Shown: positions 9,990 to 19,828 of the stretch, one piece after another | How positions within the stretch are numbered: the first letter of the stretch is position 1 | Layout of the letters: every line of letters begins with the position of its first letter | Origin: an uncultured Bacilli bacterium | GTDB taxonomy: Bacteria > Bacillota_I > Bacilli_A > RF39 > UBA660 | Direction: 5' to 3' | Length of the DNA stretch: 64,000 nucleotides | Assembly: GCA_910577075.1 (NCBI GenBank) | Contig: CAJTKV010000001.1 | Location: forward strand, 6,355-70,354 | The notes under the pieces: model-generated | The model's input: the letters and a program-made list of their open reading frames with translations, nothing else | Databases searched by the model: none | Told to the model about the DNA's origin: nothing | Translations under genes and position numbers: made by a program

Positions 9990-11135
9990 TCAATTACTTC
10001 TCTTATTTAACTCTAACTTTCCTTTTAATGATATTCTCTTATATACATCACTGCGAATTAAGGCATAGACAATAGAAGCTAAAGGTAGGCCAACTAACAT
10101 TCCTATCACCCCAAACAAGCTTCCACCAACACTTATGGCAAGTAATGTCCACATAGGTGATAACCCTACTGATTTGCCAACTACTCTTGGATAAATAAAG
10201 TTTCCTTCTATCTGCTGAACAATTTGGAAGACAACCATAAATAAAAGTGCCTGTAACGGATTTTCTATTGCAATTAATATTGCTCCAACAACCATAGCAA
10301 TAACTGCTCCAAATATGGGAATCAATGCTGTTACTGCCGTCAATACCGAAATAAGTAAGGCATAGGGAAATCTAAATACAAGCAATGCACCAAATAGTAT
10401 CAAGCCTAAAATAATTGCCTCTAGACATTGTCCAGAAATAAATTTTGCAAATGTATCACTGGCAAGTTTAATTATTTCTTTAATCTTACTAGCTCGTCTT
10501 TTTGGAATATATGCTTCCAATAATTTTCTTCCACAATTTTGTAAATATTCCTTTTGACATAAAATATAAACAGAGAAAATAATAGCCATAAATAAAGTTA
10601 CGATTCCCGATATCAATCCGCTTATTAAGCCAACTAAACCATTGGCAACATAATTTAGTAACCTAGTCGTAATAACTGTCAAATTTTCTTTGACAAATAG
10701 ATCATTAATTTGATTCTGTAAATCTGGATATTTATCCAATAGATTCAAAATAAAATTTTCAAAATCCGTTAATAAGGCAGGTATACTATTAACAAGCGAT
10801 TGAACATTCTCTATTAGTTCTGGAATCAATAAAAATAGAACTAAACCAATAATCAAGGCAAAAATTAGAAAAGACAAAATTATCGAAATTATTCTAATTA
10901 ATCCCTTTTTCTTCTTGTTTTTGGTAATACTTAATAATTTCTTTTCAATTTTCACCATAGGTATATTTAAAATAAAGGCAATAATGCAACCTAAAATAAA
11001 TGGTAAAAAGACCGAAAACATCTCACTTACAAAACTAAAAACTACACCTAAATTATTAACTATCCAAAATGAGACAGCAGATATTACAATCAAAATTATC
11101 CACTTTTTCAAATCCTTTATTTCCACAATCAACAC
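9990..11135 (-). CDS. AI-2E family transporter (PerM/UPF0118 permease)
   Basis: 381 aa, about 8 TM helices. C-terminal GLSPMWTLLAISVGGSLFGVIGMLVGLPLAS is typical of the family. Confidence 0.8.
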   Translation of the reverse strand: MLIVEIKDLKKWIILIVISAVSFWIVNNLGVVFSFVSEMFSVFLPFILGCIIAFILNIPMVKIEKKLLSITKNKKKKGLIRIISIILSFLIFALIIGLVLFLLIPELIENVQSLVNSIPALLTDFENFILNLLDKYPDLQNQINDLFVKENLTVITTRLLNYVANGLVGLISGLISGIVTLFMAIIFSVYILCQKEYLQNCGRKLLEAYIPKRRASKIKEIIKLASDTFAKFISGQCLEAIILGLILFGALLVFRFPYALLISVLTAVTALIPIFGAVIAMVVGAILIAIENPLQALLFMVVFQIVQQIEGNFIYPRVVGKSVGLSPMWTLLAISVGGSLFGVIGMLVGLPLASIVYALIRSDVYKRISLKGKLELNKRSN

Positions 11136-11217
11136 CTCTTATAAAATTATACCATATATTCTAGCATTACTTTCTGTTGTTGTCTATAACAATAAAACAT
11201 TTAACCAAACACCACTA

Positions 11218-12306
11218 TTATTTAGGGATCTTTATAGTAAATATTATATATTTGTCTTCATTCTTGACATTAGTAGCCCCTCCATGAAGTTCTATTATAT
11301 CCTTTGTTATAGCAAGACCAAGTCCCGCCCCACCAGTCTTAGATGTCCTTGCTTCATCTCCTCGATAAAACTTTTCAAATATTTTTTCTAGTTTATAATC
11401 TGGTATTTTATCGCCCTCATTTTTAAATATCAATTCCACATCTTCAGAATGCTCTTCCATTAAAACCTCAATTGTCGAATTCGGCTTAGAATAGTTAATT
11501 GCATTTTTTATTAAATTGCCAAATGCCCGTGCCAAAAGATTACCATCACCGTAGTAATCAACCCTATTTTTATAGTTAAAGGTTAAATTCAATTTCTTAT
11601 CATGAAGCATAGGATAACATTCATCAACTAATTGTTCCATTAATAATGTTAAGTCGATATTTTTTTTACTCAATTCCATTTCATACAAATTATATCTTGT
11701 TATTTCAAAAAACTGATTAGTTAACTCTTCTACTCTTAAAGCTTTATCCAAGGCAATTTCAATATATTTATCGCGCATATCTTTACTAATCTTTTTCTCA
11801 TCACTCAAGAGCGTTAAATAACCTATTACCGAAGTAAGTGGTGTCTTTAGATCATGAGCCATATACATTATTAAATCATTTCTCTTATTTTCTTCATCTT
11901 TTGCACGCGTCTTATTTTCTAAGATATTCATGCGAATTCTATTGAGTTCAATCTCTAAAAGTTCTATGTCTAAATCAATTCTAACTTTCTTTTCGGGATC
12001 ATCTAAAATGGAATTAATTGATGATAAAACTGCATCCATATATTTATTATCATGTTTAATGACAAAAAATGACACTAAGGCAATAACAAAAGAATAAATT
12101 ACCAGGATAATTGGCGTTTTAGATTCCATAATTTTATACCATAAGATACCATCAAAAGCGAGAAGCTTATCTGCAATAAAATCATTTAATAAATCATCAA
12201 ACAACCACATTAAAAAAAGCAAGATAATAACTGAATAAAAAAGTATCTTGACAACTGTCCTAAATGCCATTTCCCATTTCAATTTTTTAAATTTCTTCGT
12301 TTTCAA
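11218..12306 (-). CDS. Sensor histidine kinase (VanS/HisKA type)
   Basis: 2 TM helices. H-box MAHDLKTPLTSVIGY, N-box NLIKNAINYS, G-box GGAGLGLAI. Confidence 0.9.
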   Translation of the reverse strand: MKTKKFKKLKWEMAFRTVVKILFYSVIILLFLMWLFDDLLNDFIADKLLAFDGILWYKIMESKTPIILVIYSFVIALVSFFVIKHDNKYMDAVLSSINSILDDPEKKVRIDLDIELLEIELNRIRMNILENKTRAKDEENKRNDLIMYMAHDLKTPLTSVIGYLTLLSDEKKISKDMRDKYIEIALDKALRVEELTNQFFEITRYNLYEMELSKKNIDLTLLMEQLVDECYPMLHDKKLNLTFNYKNRVDYYGDGNLLARAFGNLIKNAINYSKPNSTIEVLMEEHSEDVELIFKNEGDKIPDYKLEKIFEKFYRGDEARTSKTGGAGLGLAITKDIIELHGGATNVKNEDKYIIFTIKIPK

Positions 12307-12979
12307 TCTTATATCCCACTCCCCACACCGTTTTTATGAACTTCGGTTGCTTAGATGAATCACCTAATTTATCTCTTATTCTTCTTATGTGTACCATAAC
12401 GGTATTATTGCTATCAAAATATTTATCTTTCCATACACTTTCAAATAATTCCTCCGAACTGACAACACGCCCTCTATTTATTGCTAAATACCAAACAATA
12501 TCAAATTCCAAAGGAGTCAATTCAATTTTCTTATCATACAGCTTACAAGTATGATTATTTTTAGAAATAGTAAGACCTCCAATATAAATTTTATCATCCA
12601 TCATAGATGCATTATATTCAGTATATCTTCTTATTACAGCTTTAACCCTTGCTATTAATTCCAAAGGATTAAATGGCTTAGTAATATAATCATCAGCACC
12701 AATTGATAATCCTTGGATTTTATCTTGATTGGCAATCTTAGCAGTCAACATAATAATCGGAAACTTTCCTCCTCTTTCCCTTATTTGCTTGACAATATCA
12801 AAGCCACTTATATCATCAACCATAACATCTAAAATCGCCAAATCAATATTTTCTTTATCAAAAATGTCAAGTGCTTGTCGAGAGTTATAACTTTTAAACA
12901 CTTTAAAATTTTCGCTTTTTAGATATACTTCAACTAAATCTGCAATTTCTATTTCATCATCTAAAACAAGGACATTCAT
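12287..12979 (-). CDS. OmpR-family response regulator
   Basis: Start moved to MNVLVLDDE (GGGAGAG RBS 6 nt upstream). Receiver Asp in LAILDVM. Winged-helix C-terminus TVWGVGYK. Overlaps the kinase gene by 20 nt. Confidence 0.9.
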   Translation of the reverse strand: MNVLVLDDEIEIADLVEVYLKSENFKVFKSYNSRQALDIFDKENIDLAILDVMVDDISGFDIVKQIRERGGKFPIIMLTAKIANQDKIQGLSIGADDYITKPFNPLELIARVKAVIRRYTEYNASMMDDKIYIGGLTISKNNHTCKLYDKKIELTPLEFDIVWYLAINRGRVVSSEELFESVWKDKYFDSNNTVMVHIRRIRDKLGDSSKQPKFIKTVWGVGYKIENEEI

Positions 12980-13131
12980 ACACATCTCTCCCAAAAAAAT
13001 TATAACACTTATCGCGGCATTTTTCGATACATCAAAATAAATGTAAGAAAAAGTTAAGAATTGTTTAACAAAATCTTAAATTTCTAAAACTTATTGTGAA
13101 TTATAATGAACTTATGAAAGGAACAAAAGTT

Positions 13132-14930
13132 ATGTGTGGAATAGTTGGATTTATCACCAATAAAAAAGACAAATTGAATATTCTAAAAAGCATGATGCAA
13201 ACTATTGAACATCGAGGACCAGATGGATTTGGAACATTTATTGACGAATATATTGCCTTAGGTCACAATCGCCTAGCCATAATTGACATCAAAGATGGCA
13301 TCCAACCGCAATATAATGAAGACAAATCTTTAGCAATTATCTTTAACGGAGAAATATACAATTATCAAGAATTAATGAGAATTCTAAAGAGCAAGGGACA
13401 CAAATTCGCAACTAAAAGTGATACCGAAGTTATTATTCATGCCTATGAAGAATGGAAATATGATACGCCCAAACATCTAAGAGGCATGTTTGCCTTTGCT
13501 ATATGGGATAAATATAATAAAGAGCTCTTTTTAGCTCGTGATCCATCAGGTATAAAGCCCCTTTACTACGCTAAATTTAATAATACCTTTATGTTTGCAT
13601 CCGAAATCAAAGCCTTAAAAGCTCATCCAGATTTTACTTGTAATTTAATGACCAACTTTTAGCCAGTTATCTTTGCTTTGGCTTTAATGCATCAGACGAA
13701 ACCATGTTCAAAAGAGTATATAATCTAGAACCTGGAACCTATCTTACTTACCAAAATAACAACATCACTAAAAAAAGATATTTCCATTTTGAGTTTACAA
13801 ATAAATCATGTTCTTTAACAGATATCCAAGATGCTATTAAAGATTCCATCAATCATCATCTCATTAGTGATATTGAAGTTGGATCATTCCTATCTAGTGG
13901 CATTGATTCCAGTTATATTGTATCTCTTGCTGATATAAAAAAGAATTATACTGTTGGTTATGAAAATAATAATTTCAGTGAGATAAAATATGCTCAAGAG
14001 CTAAGTACAATGCTAAATCAAACCAATAAAGATAAAATAATAACAAAAGAGGAATATTTAAAAGCTTTGCCTAAGGTAATTAAAGCACTAGATGAACCAC
14101 TTGCTGATCCATCTGCTATTGCTATGTACTTTTGTGCCGAGATCGCCAGTCCAGAATTAAAGGTTGTTCTATCAGGCGAAGGTGCTGATGAGTTATTTGC
14201 CGGATACTTAACATACATGGATGAAATAACACTTAGTTGGTATATGAAAATCCCCTTCTTATTTAGAAATATAGCATCTAAAATTGCTAGCATTTTCCCC
14301 GATATGAAAGGAATAAATTTTATCTATCGTCGTGGTAGAAAACTAGAAGATGAATATATTGGTATAAACAGAATATGTCGAGACAAAGAAGCATGTAATA
14401 TTGTTAAATCTAAGAGGCAAACTAAACCTCAAGATATAACTCACAAGTATTATGAACAATATTCAAATTGTACAAATTTACAAAAAAGACAAATGATCGA
14501 TTTCAATCTCATCCTTGCTAAAGATTTCCTTCCAGCCATCGATCGCAATTGTATGCTCTTTGGACTCGAAGCACGCACACCTTTTCTCGATATCGAAGTC
14601 TTTAAAGTGGCAAGCTCATTGTTAGATACTGACAAGATAAATAAAAATACAACTAAATATATATTGCGAGAAGCAGCTAAATCGGCTATCCCGAATGGAG
14701 CATATAAAAAGAAAAAACTAGGTTTTCCTGTACCTTTAAAAGAGTGGATGAAAGAAGATGATTACTACCAAGAAATATTAAGTAAATTCTCCTCTCCTAC
14801 CGCCGATAAATTTTTCAATCAAAAAAAGATTATAAGACTATTAAAATCCTATAAAAATGATAAATATCACAACTATAAATTTCTTTGGAGTATCTATGTC
14901 TTCATTATTTGGTATGATTTATATTTTTAA
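13132..14930 (+). pseudogene. asnB: Asparagine synthase (glutamine-hydrolysing), frameshifted
   Basis: MCGIVGF Ntn start at 13132. Frame breaks between 13641 and 13659 (..HPDFTCNLMTNF*). Frame -1 continues FNDQLLASYLCFGFNASDETMFKRVYNLEPG into ORF 13704..14930, which carries SGEGADELFAGY. A single missing base restores one 598-aa-class protein. Confidence 0.8.
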
Positions 14931-14955
14931 AAAACACTTTCTAAATTGAAAGTGT
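14928..14955. terminator. Bidirectional terminator between convergent asnB and the XRE gene
   Basis: acactttc-taaatt-gaaagtgt hairpin with an A-run upstream and a T-rich tail downstream. Confidence 0.5.
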
Positions 14956-14959
14956 CTCA

Positions 14960-15442
14960 TTATTTTTCCTTTCTATATAAATGATTATCTATATAGGTAA
15001 TCATTTTTTTAATTTCTATTATACTCCAAATAAAAGTTCCTATTATTACAAGAAATAAAACATCTTCTGTATCAAAAAAGATATAAATCAATACTAAAGA
15101 TACAATCAAACCAATATTTAATTCCCCAAAATGCTCTCTTTGCCATTTCTTGCGATAATATTTAATTTTTTCATCTAGATTAAAAGTGCTATTTTCTAAG
15201 GCCTTTAGCAGATTTTCATCAGCCTTTTGTTTAAAATCTTTATTTTCAATTTGTTCGCCTAAGAAAAATTCATTTATTGTTATTCCCAGTATTTCACATA
15301 ACTCCAAATATAAGGAAACACCTGGTAGACATTTACCATTTTCCCATTTTGAAATCGACTTGTCTGATACCCTTAGTTTCTCTGCTAAATCCTTCTGTGT
15401 TAATTTTTTTGCCTTGCGACAACTAGCTATTAATTTGCCAAT
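14960..15442 (-). CDS. XRE-family HTH protein with C-terminal TM helices; start codon uncertain
   Basis: The track ORF starts at TTG 15307, but the frame stays open upstream and encodes IGKLIASCRKAKKLTQKDLAEKLRVSDKSISKWENGKCLPGVSLY, a full HTH. There is no in-frame ATG/GTG/TTG. The first plausible codon is ATT 15442. Confidence 0.55.
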   Translation of the reverse strand: MGKLIASCRKAKKLTQKDLAEKLRVSDKSISKWENGKCLPGVSLYLELCEILGITINEFFLGEQIENKDFKQKADENLLKALENSTFNLDEKIKYYRKKWQREHFGELNIGLIVSLVLIYIFFDTEDVLFLVIIGTFIWSIIEIKKMITYIDNHLYRKEK

Positions 15443-15522
15443 TTTTACATTATCCTTAACATCACCCTTTCAAGGATATCATACAATAACTGCCTAATAT
15501 TTAACACCTCTTAGAAATAGAA

Positions 15523-15813
15523 TTATGAATTAACACCGATTTTTTCCTCTACCTTTTTACACCATTCACAGCATTTTTCTATTCTAGCACCATTATCTCC
15601 ATGTTCCTTGTCATATGCATAACTTTTTAACAATTCGCAGGGAAATTTTTGGCATTCTCCACAGAAAACGAGTTCTTTTCCCTCTACACATTTTTTTACT
15701 GCACATTCTCCATGGAACGGAATTGTAATATTTGTACACCCCTTACAGCCCATTGTATCTCGGAATTCGCACTTTAAACACTCAATTCCACATCTTGATT
15801 CTATTTTACACAT
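15523..15813 (-). CDS. Cys-rich DUF3795-like protein
   Basis: 96 aa with CGIECLKC..CKGC..CAVKKC..CGEC..FPC, the pattern typical of DUF3795. Confidence 0.6.
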   Translation of the reverse strand: MCKIESRCGIECLKCEFRDTMGCKGCTNITIPFHGECAVKKCVEGKELVFCGECQKFPCELLKSYAYDKEHGDNGARIEKCCEWCKKVEEKIGVNS

Positions 15814-15827
15814 TTAAACGCACTTCC

Positions 15828-16118
15828 TTACATCTTATATTTTCTTAAATCTACGCGATAATTAGTTACTTCTATTCCGTCGCCTTCTAGTCTTCTCTTT
15901 TGTTCATCAATTCCCCCAAATTTATAATTTTTTGATAAATAACCTTTGGCATTTACCACTTTATAACAAGGAAAGTTATCTCCATCTTCATTACTATGCA
16001 ATATATTGCCAACAACTCGCGATAAGTTCTTATTTCCCAAATAAAGAGCAATACTTCCATAAGTGGCAACTTTTCCCTTAGGAATAATCCTTAAATACTC
16101 ATATACTTTTTCTTTCAT
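15828..16118 (-). CDS. MGMT-family (methylated-DNA-protein-cysteine methyltransferase DNA-binding domain) protein
   Basis: IPKGKVATYGSIA..NFPCYKVVNAKG. The active-site Cys is retained, but the motif is PCYKV rather than canonical PCHRV. Confidence 0.75.
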   Translation of the reverse strand: MKEKVYEYLRIIPKGKVATYGSIALYLGNKNLSRVVGNILHSNEDGDNFPCYKVVNAKGYLSKNYKFGGIDEQKRRLEGDGIEVTNYRVDLRKYKM

Positions 16119-16126
16119 GACACCCT

Positions 16127-17011
16127 CTAAAAAAGTGAAATCTGTTCATCACTTTTCTTAACTTTATAAGCCTTAATTATATCCTTCATATTATAAAGAA
16201 TACCATACTTTTTGCATTCATCGACAAAAACGCCATATAAGTGCTTGGCACTTAAAACTGTACAATCATATCGTTCTTGATAGCATTTGAAATATTTTTG
16301 CATCATTCCCGGAAATAATTCATCAATTTTTTCCAAATAATAATCTCGCTGGCGATCTCTTAAAGTCATTCCCATATATGTATGGATAAATTTAGCTCCA
16401 TTAATATGTGCTAAATATACTAATTTCTTTATATCTTCTTCATTATCCGTAACAAAAGGCAAGACAGGATTTAACATAATACCAGCATATATGCCTGCAC
16501 CATTTAATTCTTTAATGGCTTTGAATCTTTGAGATGAAACTGGCGCATAAGGTTCAATATTTTTAGATAACTCATCATTTGGCGTTGTTATCGTTATTTT
16601 TACAATTACATTATTGCTTTTATTTATTTCTTTTAATATATCTAAATCTCTTAAAACTAAATCACTTTTAGTATCTATAGAAACCCCATAACCATATTTT
16701 TTTATTAATTTAAGCGCACCTCTCGTTATTTCATACTTCTTTTCTGCATGATTATAAGTATCTGACATTGCTCCTATTCCAATAACGCCTGTCTTTTTAC
16801 TCTTTTGTAATTCTCGTTCCAAAATTAATAGAGCATCCTTTTTACTTCTCACGCGATCAAAGCCCTCTATTTTATAGCAATCACTTCTACTATCACAATA
16901 AATACAACCATGGCTACAGCCACGATAGAGATTCATATTAAAATCTACTCCATACCATGAATCTCCATTTTTTACTTTCGTCATTATTGTTTTTGCTTCT
17001 ATAAAATCCAT
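16127..17011 (-). CDS. Radical SAM protein, SPL/DNA-photolyase-like (COG1533 type)
   Basis: CSHGCIYC (CX3CX2C) near the N-terminus. Short partial TIM-barrel layout. Lies 8 nt upstream of the MGMT-like gene. Confidence 0.8.
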   Translation of the reverse strand: MDFIEAKTIMTKVKNGDSWYGVDFNMNLYRGCSHGCIYCDSRSDCYKIEGFDRVRSKKDALLILERELQKSKKTGVIGIGAMSDTYNHAEKKYEITRGALKLIKKYGYGVSIDTKSDLVLRDLDILKEINKSNNVIVKITITTPNDELSKNIEPYAPVSSQRFKAIKELNGAGIYAGIMLNPVLPFVTDNEEDIKKLVYLAHINGAKFIHTYMGMTLRDRQRDYYLEKIDELFPGMMQKYFKCYQERYDCTVLSAKHLYGVFVDECKKYGILYNMKDIIKAYKVKKSDEQISLF

Positions 17012-17061
17012 AAAGTCTCCATATTTATTGTTTTATAACAAACTCTTACTATTTATCAAGA

Positions 17062-17403
17062 TTATGCAAAGTTATCTTCATCAATTAAAGGATAAATATC
17101 TATTGCTGGTTCTTCGTATGGATGAACTTTTCTTAAAGCTGAAATTACTGATTTAACTTTTTCTACATCACATACAACTTCAAGTTTTTCCTCTGTAACA
17201 TATTCCTTATTATTATTGTTACCAATGTAAGGATTGGCATTATCATTTGGCATAAACGTTCCCGTGCATTTTGTCGACATCGTACAAAAACTATAGTCAC
17301 CAATTACTCCTGCTCCTGCATCACATACAGCATTTCGTATTTTATCGACATCTTCCTCTGGTACAGTAACAACTATCTTAACTCTTTTAACTTCAAATTT
17401 CAT
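17062..17403 (-). CDS. NIF3/YqfO PII-like insert-domain family protein (COG3323-like)
   Basis: 113 aa. VKIVVTVPEEDVDKIRNAVCDAGAG..HPYEEPAIDIYPL resembles the ferredoxin-like insert of YqfO/NIF3. Confidence 0.5.
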   Translation of the reverse strand: MKFEVKRVKIVVTVPEEDVDKIRNAVCDAGAGVIGDYSFCTMSTKCTGTFMPNDNANPYIGNNNNKEYVTEEKLEVVCDVEKVKSVISALRKVHPYEEPAIDIYPLIDEDNFA

Positions 17404-17421
17404 AATTTTAACACCTTTCCT

Positions 17422-17946
17422 TTAAAAATTATATAAACTTATCTCGCCATTCTTTAAGCCCTTATTTAAAAAAAATCCATCTTCTAAACCTTCGAAATAC
17501 GCCCTTATAGCCTTAGATACTCCACTATGGCATGAAATAACAACACTTTCATAATTTTGGCTTTTTAATTCATCTAGAAAACTCCAAACACGCTTAAAAA
17601 AATCGCGAATATTTTCTTCGTCTCCTTGAACTAACTCAGTATTATAGTTCCAATATTCATCCCTATTAGTTAAATCTAAAGATTTTCCCTTAAATGAACC
17701 CGCATCTCTTTCGGATAATCGCGCATCATATAATATATCTTTATTCTTGAAATTAATAATCTGTGATGTTTCCTTTGCTCTAATTAGAGGAGAAGAAATG
17801 ATAACATCATAATCAATCGCCCTCATCTTTTCGCCTAAAGCTTTTGCTTGATTAATACCATTTTCATTTAAATAATCATCAACACGATTATACACCTTCT
17901 CCACATTGCTACTTACTTCTCCATGTCTGACGATATAAACTCTCAC
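17422..17946 (-). CDS. Histidine phosphatase family (phosphoglycerate mutase-like)
   Basis: The RHGE motif at the N-terminus (VRHGEV) and a later SCHSGV. Confidence 0.85.
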   Translation of the reverse strand: MRVYIVRHGEVSSNVEKVYNRVDDYLNENGINQAKALGEKMRAIDYDVIISSPLIRAKETSQIINFKNKDILYDARLSERDAGSFKGKSLDLTNRDEYWNYNTELVQGDEENIRDFFKRVWSFLDELKSQNYESVVISCHSGVSKAIRAYFEGLEDGFFLNKGLKNGEISLYNF

Positions 17947-17948
17947 AA

Positions 17949-18479
17949 CTATTCTCCTTTCAATTTGTTATATAAATATTCGGGAACAGAAATCGTCAAT
18001 CTCTCTTTAACATCGAATAACATAATAGCATCTTCAATATATTCTTGCTTTTCTGAGCCAAATTCAATGCTTATTCCCATGTTCTCAATATCTTCTACCC
18101 AAATTCTTAAATTTTCATTTTGATATTCTTCTCCGCTTTTTTCTAACTTAAACTTATAATCAAAACTATCTTTAAAATTTTCATCGACAAAATTTAATGC
18201 TTCGCTTTCCATATCAAATTCTTCGCGAACTAAGAATTTATCTTCCTTAGCACCATTTATCATCTCGGCTTTTTTGCGAATAACTAAAACTGCCTTACTA
18301 TTCCATTCATTATGTTTATAAACCCTAACCTTTAAAGTATCATCAGTTATGCTAGATCCATCTTTATTTAAATATATTAAATCATAAAAGGCAAAGTCAG
18401 ATTTTTTACTGGCACCTAACTTTTTTAAAATATCATCTAAATTATCTGTACTATTTAGTATCACTCTCGTATAAAGCAC
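17949..18479 (-). CDS. CYTH-like (class IV adenylate cyclase / triphosphatase fold) protein, tentative
   Basis: Probable GTG start at 18479 (AGGAG 8 nt upstream, TATAAT further up). LKVRVY..IRKK..REEFD..LRIWVEDIENMGISIEFGSE resembles the CYTH strand pattern. Confidence 0.45.
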   Translation of the reverse strand: MLYTRVILNSTDNLDDILKKLGASKKSDFAFYDLIYLNKDGSSITDDTLKVRVYKHNEWNSKAVLVIRKKAEMINGAKEDKFLVREEFDMESEALNFVDENFKDSFDYKFKLEKSGEEYQNENLRIWVEDIENMGISIEFGSEKQEYIEDAIMLFDVKERLTISVPEYLYNKLKGE

Positions 18480-18540
18480 ATTATCAACTCCTAAAAATAT
18501 TATAGCATGATACACACTAAAAAAAGAAGAATTTCTTCTT

Positions 18541-18943
18541 CTATTCGTTATCCTTTAAGACCTTCATTGCCACCGGAAGAGTTTTACCATTATGAAATTC
18601 AACAGCGTCATACATCAAGTCCAACACATCATAATTTGCATCTACTAAAGTTTTTCTTTCGATAATATAGATATGCTGAAGTTATAGGTTTGCCGCTCTT
18701 TTCACAAATTAGATCTGCTGCTTTATTTAAATTATCTTCTTCCATTTCTGAATAAAAATTTCCAGAAAAAAGCACTAACATATCATAGGAATTCGCATCA
18801 AGATCAGCATCATGGTAAAAGTAAAATGGCGAACCTCCAAAAGTATCCAAATCATATCCTTGCTCTCGCGCAAATTTTTTAGCATAAAAGAAATAGGCAT
18901 TATGTACCATACAGGCAATATTTAATCTATTATTTTTCTCCAT
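18541..18943 (-). pseudogene. Hypothetical protein, frameshifted at a homopolymer
   Basis: ORF 18629..18943 ends ..YYRKKNFSRCKL*. The adjacent frame continues KTLVDANYDVLDLMYDAVEFHNGKTLPVAMKVLKDNE* to 18541. The break lies at the T5 run 18651-18655. Confidence 0.5.
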
Positions 18944-18960
18944 TAAACCACTCTTACTCT

Positions 18961-19641
18961 TTAATCCTGATAATGGGTCTTTCGAGAAATTGTTATTTCA
19001 CTTACTTCCACCTGCTTAGGTAAATTTAATGTGTAAAACATTATATCAGCAATATCGCTTGGATTCATCCATTCATCTGCCATACCCTCTAACTTCTTAT
19101 CATACTTTCTAAAAAGACTTGTATTCATTCCTCCAGGATTTAAAGTAATTACACGACAAGGAGTTTTGCTAAACTCTGCCTCTAAATTATAACTAGCTCC
19201 TTTAAATCCCCACTTTGAAGAAGTATATAAAATACTATCAAGTTCAATATCAAATAAAGTTGCCATTATAGATACGACATTTAAAATATCAGCCTTATTA
19301 TTGATGATAACATCCTTTAACTTAGAAGTCATGTAAATAGGCGCAATACTATTAATCATAAAGACATCTTTTGCTTCCTTTAAAGTAATATTCTCTATAC
19401 TACCTATACTCATAGTTCCAGCACAGTTAATAAATGCATCAAATTCCGAATATGTCTCCTTTACTTCTTCTACTGCTCTTTCTATTTCTTCTTCATTACT
19501 TAAATCAACACTCACAAATTCACAACTATAATCAGGTTTGTGTCTACCCAAAGCGATGACTTCTACCCCGCTTTTCACACATAATTCGCCAAAAGCTCTT
19601 CCTAAGCCATCATTCGCACCAGTCAATAAAACTCTTTTCAT
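18961..19641 (-). CDS. Short-chain dehydrogenase/reductase
   Basis: TGANDGLGRA cofactor motif and catalytic YTSSK. Confidence 0.8.
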   Translation of the reverse strand: MKRVLLTGANDGLGRAFGELCVKSGVEVIALGRHKPDYSCEFVSVDLSNEEEIERAVEEVKETYSEFDAFINCAGTMSIGSIENITLKEAKDVFMINSIAPIYMTSKLKDVIINNKADILNVVSIMATLFDIELDSILYTSSKWGFKGASYNLEAEFSKTPCRVITLNPGGMNTSLFRKYDKKLEGMADEWMNPSDIADIMFYTLNLPKQVEVSEITISRKTHYQD

Positions 19642-19828
19642 AAATATTCTCCTTATCTTTTTTAATAAAAAACATATTATTTTACAAATTAGAGCAGATA
19701 TGTTGTCTATTCAAACATCTGACATCAAAATCTTTAGCATAATACGTCACTTCTCCAATTTATTATTAACATTTTGCTCCTACAATTTATTATAATATGA
19801 TAATTCAATTTTTCCAACAAAAAATATA

